Source: a virus
Taxonomy: Duplodnaviria; Caudoviricetes
Reading direction: 5' to 3' (one strand)
Virus record (IMG/VR): IMGVR_UViG_2903352716_000007
Coordinates: 19,591 to 83,590 of that record
DNA: 64,000 nt
The notes under the pieces are model-generated. The model saw only the letters and a program-made list of their open reading frames with translations, was not told the origin of the DNA and made no database searches. Shown piece after piece: positions 1-8,049 of the stretch. Made by a program: the position numbers and the translations under genes. Each line of letters begins with the position of its first letter. Position 1 is the first letter of the stretch.

Positions 1-509
1 TTGGCCTTTTGCACAAGGTGCGTAACCATTGCCTTCTTACCGTCTTTAGACCGGAAGGACAGCGTGACGCTGGACAGGTTAAACATGGAGTCAAACAAGC
101 GCTTACGTGCTCGCTGATTAATATCCGTTGGACGCAATCCGCACATCCGCGCAAACTCGGTAAACGGTAGAGTTATCTTCTCAGACGTGAAGCCATAAAC
201 GGAGAACGCGCTGATGATCCCAACCCACGTTTTAAAATCCGTGGACATGTTGAGTTTAGCGCCCTGAATTTTAATGTCCGTATAGCCTTCTCTACGGGCC
301 ACCTCAAGGCTGGAAAGTTCTTCTGAGGCATCTATGAGAAAATCACGCTTGCCGCGCTCACGTGGCGATACAGGCGTGAATACGCTAAGACGCAGCAAAG
401 CGACCGGCTGAACCGTCTTATTGCTGTTAGGTGTCAGTTCATAAACTGTGTCTGAATCTTTTTTAGTGACAGCAAAAGGGCTGACGATCTCTTTGTTATT
501 CAAAGACAT
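1..509 (-). CDS. repA: Plasmid replication initiator RepA (P1/RepFIB family), runs off the window start
   Basis: Manual translation from ATG at 509: MSLNNKEIVSPFAVTKKDSDTVYELTPNSNKTVQPVALLRLSVFTP..., typical RepA/RepFIB N-terminus; iterons directly upstream. Confidence 0.9.
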   Translation of the reverse strand, partial: MSLNNKEIVSPFAVTKKDSDTVYELTPNSNKTVQPVALLRLSVFTPVSPRERGKRDFLIDASEELSSLEVARREGYTDIKIQGAKLNMSTDFKTWVGIISAFSVYGFTSEKITLPFTEFARMCGLRPTDINQRARKRLFDSMFNLSSVTLSFRSKDGKKAMVTHLVQKA

Positions 510-515
510 TCCTAT

Positions 516-524
516 TTATCCACA
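516..524 (+). promoter_or_regulatory. DnaA box
   Basis: Perfect TTATCCACA between the repA start and the iterons. Confidence 0.75.
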
Positions 525-547
525 TAGGGCGCTTAAAAAACAAGCAA

Positions 548-651
548 ATTATGAAAGTGACCGTAATCGGATTATGAAAGTAGCCGTATTTATTATGAAA
601 GTAAACGTATTTATTATGATAGTGACCGTATTCATTATGAAAGTGACCGTA
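548..651 (+). repeat. Five origin iterons, consensus ATTATGAAAGTGACCGTA
   Basis: Copies at 548, 571, 592, 613, 634 (spacing 23,21,21,21), same number and helical spacing as P1 oriR iterons. Confidence 0.9.
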
Positions 652-652
652 T

Positions 653-778
653 GATCTGCCTTTTTCGGTAGTTATATCAAATGGATACGGCATCGGTGAT
701 CTTTATTGATCTTTTAATGATCTCTATTGGACTAAAAGAATTGATCTATCAGGTGGATAAGTGGGTAAGTGGGTAAGT
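653..778. promoter_or_regulatory. Origin core: Dam GATC cluster and DnaA-box-like repeats
   Basis: GATC at 653, 698, 708, 719, 743 in AT-rich DNA, followed by GGTGGATAA and two GTGGGTAA copies; P1 oriR-like layout. Confidence 0.7.
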
Positions 779-1131
779 CAGGTAACTCTGAACCAGGACA
801 TAGATAGTCCCTCAGGCTGGTGGGCATTGCAGAAAACTACGAGAAACCTTTGAGTTTTTGCAAAAATAGCGCTGCAGCATACGGCGCAATGTCTACATTC
901 GCCAATGAAATCATCACTCGATCAAATTTTCATTTTTTTTTGCGAATAATTGACATAGCCTCCAGGCCTTATAAGACGCGCACTTAGCGTTTCTTTCCCT
1001 TTTGCAACCTCAATTTAACCTCAAAATCAACTCTTGTACTGAAAAGAATCCTTACTAGAATATCCCCATATACAGGAAGTTATAGCAGTGGTAGGCGCAA
1101 GATATAGTGTTAAGTCCATCGAAGGGTCAGA

Positions 1132-1221
1132 AATGAAAAGGCCCAGTTGATGAGACTGGGCCTTTCAATCGGTATTAAGAGTTCGCACCTCTTTAACCGT
1201 GCCGAATGTATCTGGCAGCTC
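1132..1221 (-). ncRNA. Candidate type I antitoxin sRNA (~90 nt)
   Basis: Minus-strand TTGAAG(1255-1250)-17 bp-TAAGAT(1232-1227); 5' end is the reverse complement of a 21-bp repeat also found at 1353-1373 in the peptide leader; ends in hairpin 1137-1165 plus U-run. Confidence 0.7.
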
Positions 1222-1442
1222 CGTTAATCTTAACGGCATGAATGACGTCCTTCAAACTTTTTTGTTTGATAGACGGGTTCACCACTGATTAAGAAGTAAA
1301 TTTAGTTCCGGGTTCTTTGTGATGCTTGAACCTTGCTCAAACCAAAATTCGAGCCGAATGTATCTGGCAGCTCAGGTACGACAACTGCAAAGGAAAACCC
1401 AAGAGTGTTTGCAGCCAGGCGCGAAGAAAGTAAGGAACCAAC

Positions 1443-1529
1443 ATGCAGATGCTGCTGTTGTTTTTGAAGCTCGCGCACCCAGTGACGGTCATTGTTTTGA
1501 CCTTGTTGGGATTTTTTAAAGGCCGTTAA
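1443..1529 (+). CDS. 28-aa hydrophobic peptide, candidate type I toxin
   Basis: AAGGAACC SD; MQMLLLFLKLAHPVTVIVLTLLGFFKGR; below the ORF-track size cut-off. Confidence 0.7.
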   Translation: MQMLLLFLKLAHPVTVIVLTLLGFFKGR

Positions 1530-1553
1530 CACTGAAGCCTATGGAGGCTCAAA

Positions 1554-1631
1554 ATGGTGAATTTGTTGTTGAAGATCGTACCTTCAATAGTCGAGATTGC
1601 TATCGCGATTATTGATTACCTAAACCAATAG
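1554..1631 (+). CDS. 25-aa amphipathic peptide, second candidate type I toxin (TisB/ShoB-like character)
   Basis: GGAGG SD; MVNLLLKIVPSIVEIAIAIIDYLNQ. Confidence 0.7.
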   Translation: MVNLLLKIVPSIVEIAIAIIDYLNQ

Positions 1632-1640
1632 CCGTAAGAC

Positions 1641-1666
1641 AAGGCCCACGGATGTGGGCCTTTGTT
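1641..1666. terminator. Intrinsic terminator between the peptide genes and convergent ORFs
   Basis: AAGGCCCAC-GGAT-GTGGGCCTT followed by TGTT. Confidence 0.75.
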
Positions 1667-1671
1667 GCCTG

Positions 1672-1950
1672 TCATACCTTTGCGGTCTTATCTTCATCAA
1701 AGAGTTGTGCTTTACATGCCGCTTTGAAGGTCAGACAAGAACGGCTGCGTAACGCTGGTGCAAATGCCTTTTCCAGTTCCTGTCTATCAAACCCATCTGC
1801 AGCAAACAAAGATATTTTCTTTTCAATACGTTCTTTGGCTTCAGATAGCTTTACATCTTTGTTATTACGTAAAAACCGTAAGATGTAGTCAGCAATAATA
1901 CGAACCGGTTTAGTGACATTACGCTCAGTCTGGATGGCGGAATTACTCAT
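1672..1950 (-). CDS. Hypothetical protein, 92 aa
   Basis: ORF coupled (ATGA overlap) to 1947..2834 and ending at the terminator. Confidence 0.65.
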   Translation of the reverse strand: MSNSAIQTERNVTKPVRIIADYILRFLRNNKDVKLSEAKERIEKKISLFAADGFDRQELEKAFAPALRSRSCLTFKAACKAQLFDEDKTAKV

Positions 1951-2834
1951 TTTTCCAGCTCCCAGCGGCGAACAATTTCGATCCAGTTAGCGCCTAACGC
2001 GAACACCATCGTTTCTGCAATAGCATTGCCAATGCTGATTATCGTGTCGCCCTCGCGCATGAATTGACGCATTTTGCTCTGTGTCTCCCTCTCGTGAGTG
2101 GGTTCACCTGAAAAACCTGGCATTACCTCCCAAAATGAAGCAGCTAAAGGGTTATATGTCACTTGCGGGGTCATGTCAGATACCCTGACAGCATATCCAC
2201 CATCACGGCGCTTGATGATCAGGTGAAGCATAAAGCGCGGGACATCGACCCCAATAGAAACCAGCTCGTTTATTTCCAGCGCTTCGCTGTGAGCGGCGTT
2301 AAGTGCTGCAGTTTTCAGCAAACCATCCGGCAGGTTCTCAATAGCGCCGCCAGGTAGAGCAATACTGCGTAACCGCTCCTGATTCCCCGCTTCATTAAGC
2401 GCCATTTCTGTCTGAATGGCCTCCAAAGCTCGGTTGTAATAGTTATCAGCCTTGCGGATAGCCAGTAGTGCTGTTTCTGCGCTACAGCCAGTGGCTTCCA
2501 CCAGATTCACCACGAATTGTTTACGGTATTGCTCTGTGTTGCGAATGTGGTTTTCTACTTCACCTTTCAGGCGTTTGTAGTCGGCCTTGAACTCGTCAAC
2601 TTCGCTCAGGTCGATCCACCAGCCACAACTGACGCCTTCATCATAAATTGGACAGGTGTCGTTCTCCCAACCCGCAGCCGTTAGCATGTCATCCATTGCT
2701 TCCAGAGTCGCAGCCGGTGCGTTATCAATGGTGAAGTGCTGTTTACGACCACGCAGAGCAGGGTTTGCTTCAGTGATGGCGTTGCGAGTCAGTTTCATAA
2801 TGTTTTCCTGAATTTTCATCGTCGGCTGCGTCAT
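1947..2834 (-). CDS. Hypothetical mosaic phage protein, 295 aa, with a UBA-like helical segment
   Basis: Long ORF; LVEATGCSAETALLAIRKADNYYNRALEAI resembles a UBA-like three-helix motif. Confidence 0.7.
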   Translation of the reverse strand: MTQPTMKIQENIMKLTRNAITEANPALRGRKQHFTIDNAPAATLEAMDDMLTAAGWENDTCPIYDEGVSCGWWIDLSEVDEFKADYKRLKGEVENHIRNTEQYRKQFVVNLVEATGCSAETALLAIRKADNYYNRALEAIQTEMALNEAGNQERLRSIALPGGAIENLPDGLLKTAALNAAHSEALEINELVSIGVDVPRFMLHLIIKRRDGGYAVRVSDMTPQVTYNPLAASFWEVMPGFSGEPTHERETQSKMRQFMREGDTIISIGNAIAETMVFALGANWIEIVRRWELEK

Positions 2835-2845
2835 GCTGCCGCCCT

Positions 2846-2905
2846 AATGAGTAAATATTTACTCATTTGAAGCAGGGAGTCAATGAAAAGAGTAAATATT
2901 TACTC
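2846..2905. promoter_or_regulatory. Twin palindromic operators between divergent genes
   Basis: Perfect 22-bp palindrome AATGAGTAAATATTTACTCATT (2846-2867) and its 16-bp core repeated at 2890-2905. Confidence 0.7.
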
Positions 2906-2957
2906 ATGAACATTAAGACGATATGATGCCCTTACCCAAAGTAACCAGGAAGAGAGT

Positions 2958-3371
2958 ATGAAAGTGAACTACGTGAGGAAAGGCACCGGCACACGCACGA
3001 CGATCGTTATACCCGATCATCTATGCCAGCTTTGGTTAGCCGCCACCCCTTCTGATGCGGTAAAGCGCGATACGCAGCGCATTAAAGAACGTCTGGAACA
3101 ACTGGACGAACCAGGCGAAGGCGAGCCGTTCCAGCGTATGGCAGAATCGGCGCTGGTGGCGGATATCGACGCGTACCAGACTCGGTTGCTTGCGTCCGGT
3201 GAGCACATGAAAAACCGTGTTATTGATGCCCTGCTGCCGTGGTTACAGGGTGCGGTTGAGCCGACAGCCAGCGTAGATGATGTGTTTAAGGCGATTGAGC
3301 AGTTCAAGTCCATTCCGTGGGAGATTGAGGAATCATTCGAAAGCCTGGAAAGACAGCACTATGCAAGTTGA
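2958..3371 (+). CDS. Probable ribbon-helix-helix DNA-binding protein
   Basis: N-terminal beta-strand RTTIVIPDHLCQLW then helices; next to the twin palindromes. Confidence 0.5.
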   Translation: MKVNYVRKGTGTRTTIVIPDHLCQLWLAATPSDAVKRDTQRIKERLEQLDEPGEGEPFQRMAESALVADIDAYQTRLLASGEHMKNRVIDALLPWLQGAVEPTASVDDVFKAIEQFKSIPWEIEESFESLERQHYAS

Positions 3372-3440
3372 CCGCTATCATCAAATAACCCAGCATGCAT
3401 AGGGAAGTGCTCTCAAAACCGTATCGAGTGAGTAATAAGA

Positions 3441-4514
3441 ATGACAAAGGATCAAGGAACGCCGCTGCAAGGAGAAATCCAGGCACTGATAGAAAACGGT
3501 CTCGATTTCCTCAATAAGGCGCGAAAAGAGCTGGAAGCTAAACAGTATAAACACTCAATCGTAAATTTCTGGACAGCGGTTGAGATCATGCTGAAAGTCC
3601 CATTGGTTTACGAGCATTGGACTCTGGTCTGCAGCAAAAAAAACAAACCTAAAAAGCAGGACTATCTTGATGGCGATTTTCAGTCTGTCACTTACGATGA
3701 AACACGGGATCTGTTTCGTGACGTGTTAGAAAAACCTATCAGTAAAGAGACACATGAGGCCTTTAATAAAGTCCGAAAACATCGGAATCGCGTCGTGCAC
3801 TTTTACCATTCATCATTCTCCTCTGCAGATTTGGATACAATCTTGAAAGAACAGGCGGATGCATGGTTTGCGTTAAACCGTCTGATGCGGGACGAATGGC
3901 AAAATATATTCGGTGATAATCACAAACACATTCTCGCTTCCGGTGAGACTCGTCTTCTTCAGGGAAGCAAGTTTTACTCCACAGCACGGCTAAAACAGGT
4001 TGAACCTGAACTGAGAAAGCGGGAAAAGGGAGGTGCTGACATTCAGTGTTGCCCTGATTGTGGACAGAATGCGGTTGTTAACGAACCTATCCACACAGGC
4101 AATCAGTCAATGCCTGAACTTATAGTTGGTCGATGTCTCGTGTGTGAGAGCATCAACCGCCAAGTTCGTCTGCACTGCCCAAGTTGCGGAGAGATCATGT
4201 CATGTGACGAAGGTGAATTGAGTGTAGAGTGTGATTCGTGCCATGACAGATTTGAACGATACGAACTGCTCGGTGATTATTTACTTCAAAATACTGATGA
4301 GGATGAATATTTACCGGCTGGTTGTACTAATTGTATGAGTCCTGAATCGGTGGCTAAGTTTGGTAATGGCTATCTGTGTACACGATGTCTGAACTTTTAT
4401 AATCAAATGGTTATTTGTAACTTCTGTGATCATATGAGTGATGCAGTCCCGGAATTCAGCCATATCAGAGGATGTGAGTTCTGTGACGGTGACAAGCGAT
4501 ACCTTGATGATTAA
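3441..4514 (+). CDS. HEPN-domain protein with multiple zinc ribbons
   Basis: HEPN-like helix FLNKARKELEAKQYKHSIVNFWTAVEIMLK and RxxxxH motif RNRVVH; eight CxxC pairs in the C-terminal half. Confidence 0.7.
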   Translation: MTKDQGTPLQGEIQALIENGLDFLNKARKELEAKQYKHSIVNFWTAVEIMLKVPLVYEHWTLVCSKKNKPKKQDYLDGDFQSVTYDETRDLFRDVLEKPISKETHEAFNKVRKHRNRVVHFYHSSFSSADLDTILKEQADAWFALNRLMRDEWQNIFGDNHKHILASGETRLLQGSKFYSTARLKQVEPELRKREKGGADIQCCPDCGQNAVVNEPIHTGNQSMPELIVGRCLVCESINRQVRLHCPSCGEIMSCDEGELSVECDSCHDRFERYELLGDYLLQNTDEDEYLPAGCTNCMSPESVAKFGNGYLCTRCLNFYNQMVICNFCDHMSDAVPEFSHIRGCEFCDGDKRYLDD

Positions 4515-4531
4515 AGAGTGCTATACGGGGG

Positions 4532-4843
4532 CTACCGCCCCCTCCCCTGGCGACACTCAGGGCATCGGTTATCACAAAAGTACGGGAGGCTGTTGTCCAG
4601 CTCGTCCACCCACTGTTTATGTTCGTAGCAGTAAAAGACCTCCCAGGGCAGACCATACTCAAACATCCATTCACGCACCGGCGCGCTGATCTGAATTGGC
4701 GGGATCGTGCTCTGGTTGGTGTGGTAGCACTCTAACCGACTTTCCGCCTCTCGTAGCTGGCGCTCAAGGCTCGCTATCTGCTGGCGCATCAGTCTACGCT
4801 CTCTCAGCATTTTGAAGTAAATGCTTTCGTCAGTTACTGCCAT
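4532..4843 (-). CDS. Coiled-coil plus Cys/His (zinc) domain protein, paralog B
   Basis: Likely start ATG 4843 with GGGGAAG SD; WEVFYCYEHKQW...RCPECR. Confidence 0.7.
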   Translation of the reverse strand: MAVTDESIYFKMLRERRLMRQQIASLERQLREAESRLECYHTNQSTIPPIQISAPVREWMFEYGLPWEVFYCYEHKQWVDELDNSLPYFCDNRCPECRQGRGR

Positions 4844-5129
4844 CTTCCCCCCTGCACTCCGGGCAACTACTGCCATACATATCGTGTGGGAAGCTACTGC
4901 ACACCTCATCCAGCCAGCGTTCGTGCTCGTAACACCAGAACACTTCCCACGGAACCCTATGCTTTTTCATCAACGCCATAAGGTTCGTTGGCATGTCGGC
5001 TGGCTGGCGTTCTTCCGGAAGTAGTTTCCCGGTTAGTTGTCGTTCCATACAGAGTAGCTGGCGCTGCAGCGCGGCAATGTCCTTTTCCAGTTGCTCGCAT
5101 CTGGCCTGGAGTTCCATTTTCGTTGGCAT
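4830..5129 (-). CDS. Coiled-coil plus Cys/His (zinc) domain protein, paralog A
   Basis: WEVFWCYEHERW...SCPECR, clearly similar to the neighbour. Confidence 0.7.
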   Translation of the reverse strand: MPTKMELQARCEQLEKDIAALQRQLLCMERQLTGKLLPEERQPADMPTNLMALMKKHRVPWEVFWCYEHERWLDEVCSSFPHDMYGSSCPECRGEDGSN

Positions 5130-5137
5130 TATTCATC

Positions 5138-5467
5138 CTATATGACGGGCAGCTCATCGACCGCCGCCCTCGATGCTCTGTTAATGAGGAAGGTAACGAC
5201 TCCTGCGACCGTTACATCATCAAGTGCATCCCCTTCCAAAGCCTCGCCGTCGTCTGTTATCAACGCCCTCCCCATTACGCGCGCAAACTGGCTGCGACCG
5301 CAGAATGAGATAAGTACCAAATCCTGCTGTTTTGGTTTGATTGAGTGGTTTACAACGGCGTAGCCGGTTGATGTTTGTATTGTCAAACAGTTAGCGTCAA
5401 CTTGGCAGAGATCGTTAACAGTAAGTGTATGTTCTACATAGTCATTTGCTGGTGATGGGAAGCCCAT
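5138..5467 (-). CDS. UmuD'/HumD-like protein lacking S24 catalytic residues
   Basis: Starts MGFPSPANDYVE (UmuD GFPSPAADYVE); ends VAGVVTF; SOS box upstream. Confidence 0.75.
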   Translation of the reverse strand: MGFPSPANDYVEHTLTVNDLCQVDANCLTIQTSTGYAVVNHSIKPKQQDLVLISFCGRSQFARVMGRALITDDGEALEGDALDDVTVAGVVTFLINRASRAAVDELPVI

Positions 5468-5490
5468 ATAAATCGCCCTTCATAATAATA

Positions 5491-5506
5491 CTGTATATGT
5501 AAACAG
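5491..5506. promoter_or_regulatory. LexA (SOS) box
   Basis: CTGT-ATATGTAA-ACAG within an extended inverted repeat 5483-5514, 24 bp upstream of the UmuD-like start. Confidence 0.9.
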
Positions 5507-5539
5507 TATTATTATTCTTGGTCATGGTGTCAATCCTGG

Positions 5540-5833
5540 TTACTTGCTGTACTTCTCTTTGATGTGCGTGACTGTTCGGTCAACTATGCGGATCAGGGCT
5601 TCGGCATCGATACCATCAACCGATTGGGCTTGGTGTTTCGCCGTCCATTCTAGCGGTTCTTTCACTATGGCCAGCATGTCCAGCGCCCGGTCTGCACTGT
5701 CCTCTACTATCATCAATTCTGCTAATTCCAGGCGCTGTTGCTTCACCAGGTCCAGTACCTCTTGCTGGTGGCAAATTAACAGCCGGTTAAGTTGCTGCCC
5801 ATGACGGGCCAGCAGTTCGCTACGTTTACTCAC
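5540..5833 (-). CDS. Hypothetical helical protein
   Basis: Likely GTG start at 5833 with GGAG SD, overlapping the stop of the upstream ORF. Confidence 0.6.
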   Translation of the reverse strand: MSKRSELLARHGQQLNRLLICHQQEVLDLVKQQRLELAELMIVEDSADRALDMLAIVKEPLEWTAKHQAQSVDGIDAEALIRIVDRTVTHIKEKYSK

Positions 5834-6219
5834 AGAATGATCTCCACGTATACACAGCAACAATCCCGCGCCCAATCAGCGTTGGCAGACATCTTCCATC
5901 GAGTCCATCCAGAGATAGTGGTTTCAGGCCATAGATAAACGTAACCGTCCTGATTTTGTGCCACCTGGTGAGGATGCTCGCCGTAGGCATAGTGATCAAC
6001 ACGACCAGCCCAGCTCGCAAAGAATGTTTCTGGCGAGAAAACCAGATCATAGAACCGGCCCAGTTCCTCAGATTTACGCGGGGGTGTTTTGAACTTCACG
6101 CCTTTCAGCAGGGTTTGCTTATACGTCACTCCATTAAGTTCTGTCACTTCCATATCCGAGCAGAAAAGAGTCACCATCTTATTTATCCCCTCCATTTTTA
6201 GTCGAGTAAGTGTTTCCAT
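5830..6219 (-). CDS. Hypothetical phage protein
   Basis: ORF in the leftward early operon, coupled to neighbours; exact start uncertain. Confidence 0.6.
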   Translation of the reverse strand: METLTRLKMEGINKMVTLFCSDMEVTELNGVTYKQTLLKGVKFKTPPRKSEELGRFYDLVFSPETFFASWAGRVDHYAYGEHPHQVAQNQDGYVYLWPETTISGWTRWKMSANADWARDCCCVYVEIIL

Positions 6220-7007
6220 GACCGGTTGTGAACTATGTTTGAAATTGATGCTACGTGAGTGTCATAAAGTTTAGATATTTCACAAATGCGATTACCTTTT
6301 TTGTAGAGCGTTCGAATCGTTATGACATCTTCACTGGTTAATTTTGCACGATAGTGTTTTTCACCTCTTGGTTTCAGAGTTAATCCTCTCTCGGCCCGTG
6401 TTGTATAAAACAAATTTTTTGGTGATATATCATTCTTAATCAAATTTTTAAAACCGATAATTTGTCCTTCTGGATGCGGTCCGTGAAAAGCATCAGCAAC
6501 AAGGTAATGAGCTAATTTTGTTTGATTCACACCAGTTTCCGAAACGATGTTTACTGTTAAATAGCCTGTCGAACCATGAGATAAAGTCAGAACGCGATGT
6601 AGCTTTCTTTTTTGTGAGATAATCAGCCCTGTATCTGTTGCTGAATAACCCGGAAAAGATGGGCATGGTCTTATATCTATCGGATCTGGAGAAGGGGTGT
6701 CTTTTGATGGGATTTCTCCTTGCCATGAGCCATCATCATTCTTTGTTAAAAAAATTCGCTGTTCCCCGCAAATATCCACAAATTTCCGAGGACATGAAAA
6801 CGTCGACCTATATCTTTTTGCTAAATTGAACTCCGTACCTTTCGGTATCAATTTAATTTTGTTATCACTAAATTTTAAGTCGACAGTCTGACCCTGTAGG
6901 TTCATTTTACTACTTGTATAGCATTCAGCCCCTGATTTATTATAGTTGAACCTGATAAATGCTTTTAGTTTAACCTTCTGGTTTCTCTTGGTAATCCAAT
7001 CTTTCAT
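6198..7007 (-). CDS. NUMOD4/HNH homing-endonuclease-like protein with C-terminal HTH, AT-rich
   Basis: PSFPGYSATDTG, GYLTVNI, AHYLVADAFHGP, NDISPKNL, GEKHYRAKLTSEDVITIR. Confidence 0.75.
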   Translation of the reverse strand: MKDWITKRNQKVKLKAFIRFNYNKSGAECYTSSKMNLQGQTVDLKFSDNKIKLIPKGTEFNLAKRYRSTFSCPRKFVDICGEQRIFLTKNDDGSWQGEIPSKDTPSPDPIDIRPCPSFPGYSATDTGLIISQKRKLHRVLTLSHGSTGYLTVNIVSETGVNQTKLAHYLVADAFHGPHPEGQIIGFKNLIKNDISPKNLFYTTRAERGLTLKPRGEKHYRAKLTSEDVITIRTLYKKGNRICEISKLYDTHVASISNIVHNRSWKHLLD

Positions 7008-7009
7008 AC

Positions 7010-7291
7010 TCAGTTCTCAATTCGTATTTTAATAGCAAACACGTTTACCGGATCTGGTCCAAAGTGCTTGTGAGTTATTGATTGCAACTCGTAGCCACAA
7101 TACGGAATGTTTATGCGCTTGCTCAGGTCATCACGCTTTGGATACCCTCTCGTGATTATCAGGCGGTCATATTCACGATTAACCAAGCGCTTTCGCCAAT
7201 AGTCGCTCTGCAGCCGGTATTCGAATTCCTTCTCACCTGACTTCATCTGATCGAAGTATTCACCGTTTACAGCGATCTGCAGGTTAGCCAC
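7010..7291 (-). CDS. ASCH-domain protein
   Basis: LQIAVNGEYFDQMKSGEKEFEYR is the ASCH GxKxxExR signature. Confidence 0.85.
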   Translation of the reverse strand: MANLQIAVNGEYFDQMKSGEKEFEYRLQSDYWRKRLVNREYDRLIITRGYPKRDDLSKRINIPYCGYELQSITHKHFGPDPVNVFAIKIRIEN

Positions 7292-7565
7292 GGTTCGCCG
7301 CCGATGTAATCGTATTTAATGGACATGCAACACCGAATGGGTGAAAACCATTACAGATAAAACAGCGGATAGAGTTGAGTGGCTTATAAGTGCTGACCAC
7401 CCTCTCACGATCTTCCAGCGCATCACGAAACTCTACGGCGACAACCTTGCCGCCGAACGCTTCCATGTGAGCGTGTACAGGAGGCTCTTTGCCATCTTCA
7501 AACTCAATGACGAAAGTTAACTTAATGAGTTTTTTTTTAGCATCAGGCGTCATTTTTCCCACCAC
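7284..7565 (-). CDS. Hypothetical phage protein
   Basis: Coupled ORF in the early operon. Confidence 0.6.
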   Translation of the reverse strand: MVGKMTPDAKKKLIKLTFVIEFEDGKEPPVHAHMEAFGGKVVAVEFRDALEDRERVVSTYKPLNSIRCFICNGFHPFGVACPLNTITSAANRG

Positions 7566-8028
7566 TCAGGCTATGTGTATGGCGTCCCTGACTTGCATCA
7601 GGCTCTCCAAGATGGAGATGACCGAAATTGCAATAAAAACTAATACAGCCAACATGCGCGCAGATTCCATGCGGAACATGCTCATTGCCTGAAGGGGCTA
7701 CGGAATATATCGAGTTCGGCCCCGGACATTCACGCAGCGAGCCATAGATTCGCTCATAAATCCCAACTCTAGTTGCCAACTGACTGTTACGTACATCTTT
7801 CGCAGTCCAGGCTACAGGATAAGCGCTATCAGTCTTGCGGCGTTCCTGCAGCTCAAGCAGTGCTTTAAGTAGCACGGTGTGTACAGCTTGTTGCGCTGCA
7901 TCACCCTCTCTGGCGTGACGATCTACCATTTTCCGCCCAATAGTTATCAACATTTCCAGTGATTCGTTATCAAGGCGTTCGTCTGTTTTTTTGTTATTGA
8001 TCATCCTGTTTTGCCCCTTGCGGGGCAT
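7543..8028 (-). CDS. Ea/Ead-like early phage protein
   Basis: ALLELQERRKTD...PVAW motif typical of lambdoid Ea-region proteins. Confidence 0.5.
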   Translation of the reverse strand: MPRKGQNRMINNKKTDERLDNESLEMLITIGRKMVDRHAREGDAAQQAVHTVLLKALLELQERRKTDSAYPVAWTAKDVRNSQLATRVGIYERIYGSLRECPGPNSIYSVAPSGNEHVPHGICAHVGCISFYCNFGHLHLGEPDASQGRHTHSLSGGKNDA

Positions 8029-8049
8029 CTCCGCTAGTGTGGTTATAGG

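Noticed and set aside
548-651. Possible CRISPR array
   Set aside because: Repeats are nearly contiguous with no unique spacers; these are iterons. No CRISPR array or cas gene seen in the window
448-693. ORFs 448..654 (+) and 496..693 (-)
   Set aside because: Their repetitive peptides come from the 21-bp iteron array; they overlap the repA start and origin
1302-1532. Track ORFs 1302..1532 (-) and 1319..1519 (+)
   Set aside because: No SD sites or protein-like features; the SD-led 28-aa ORF in another frame explains the region better
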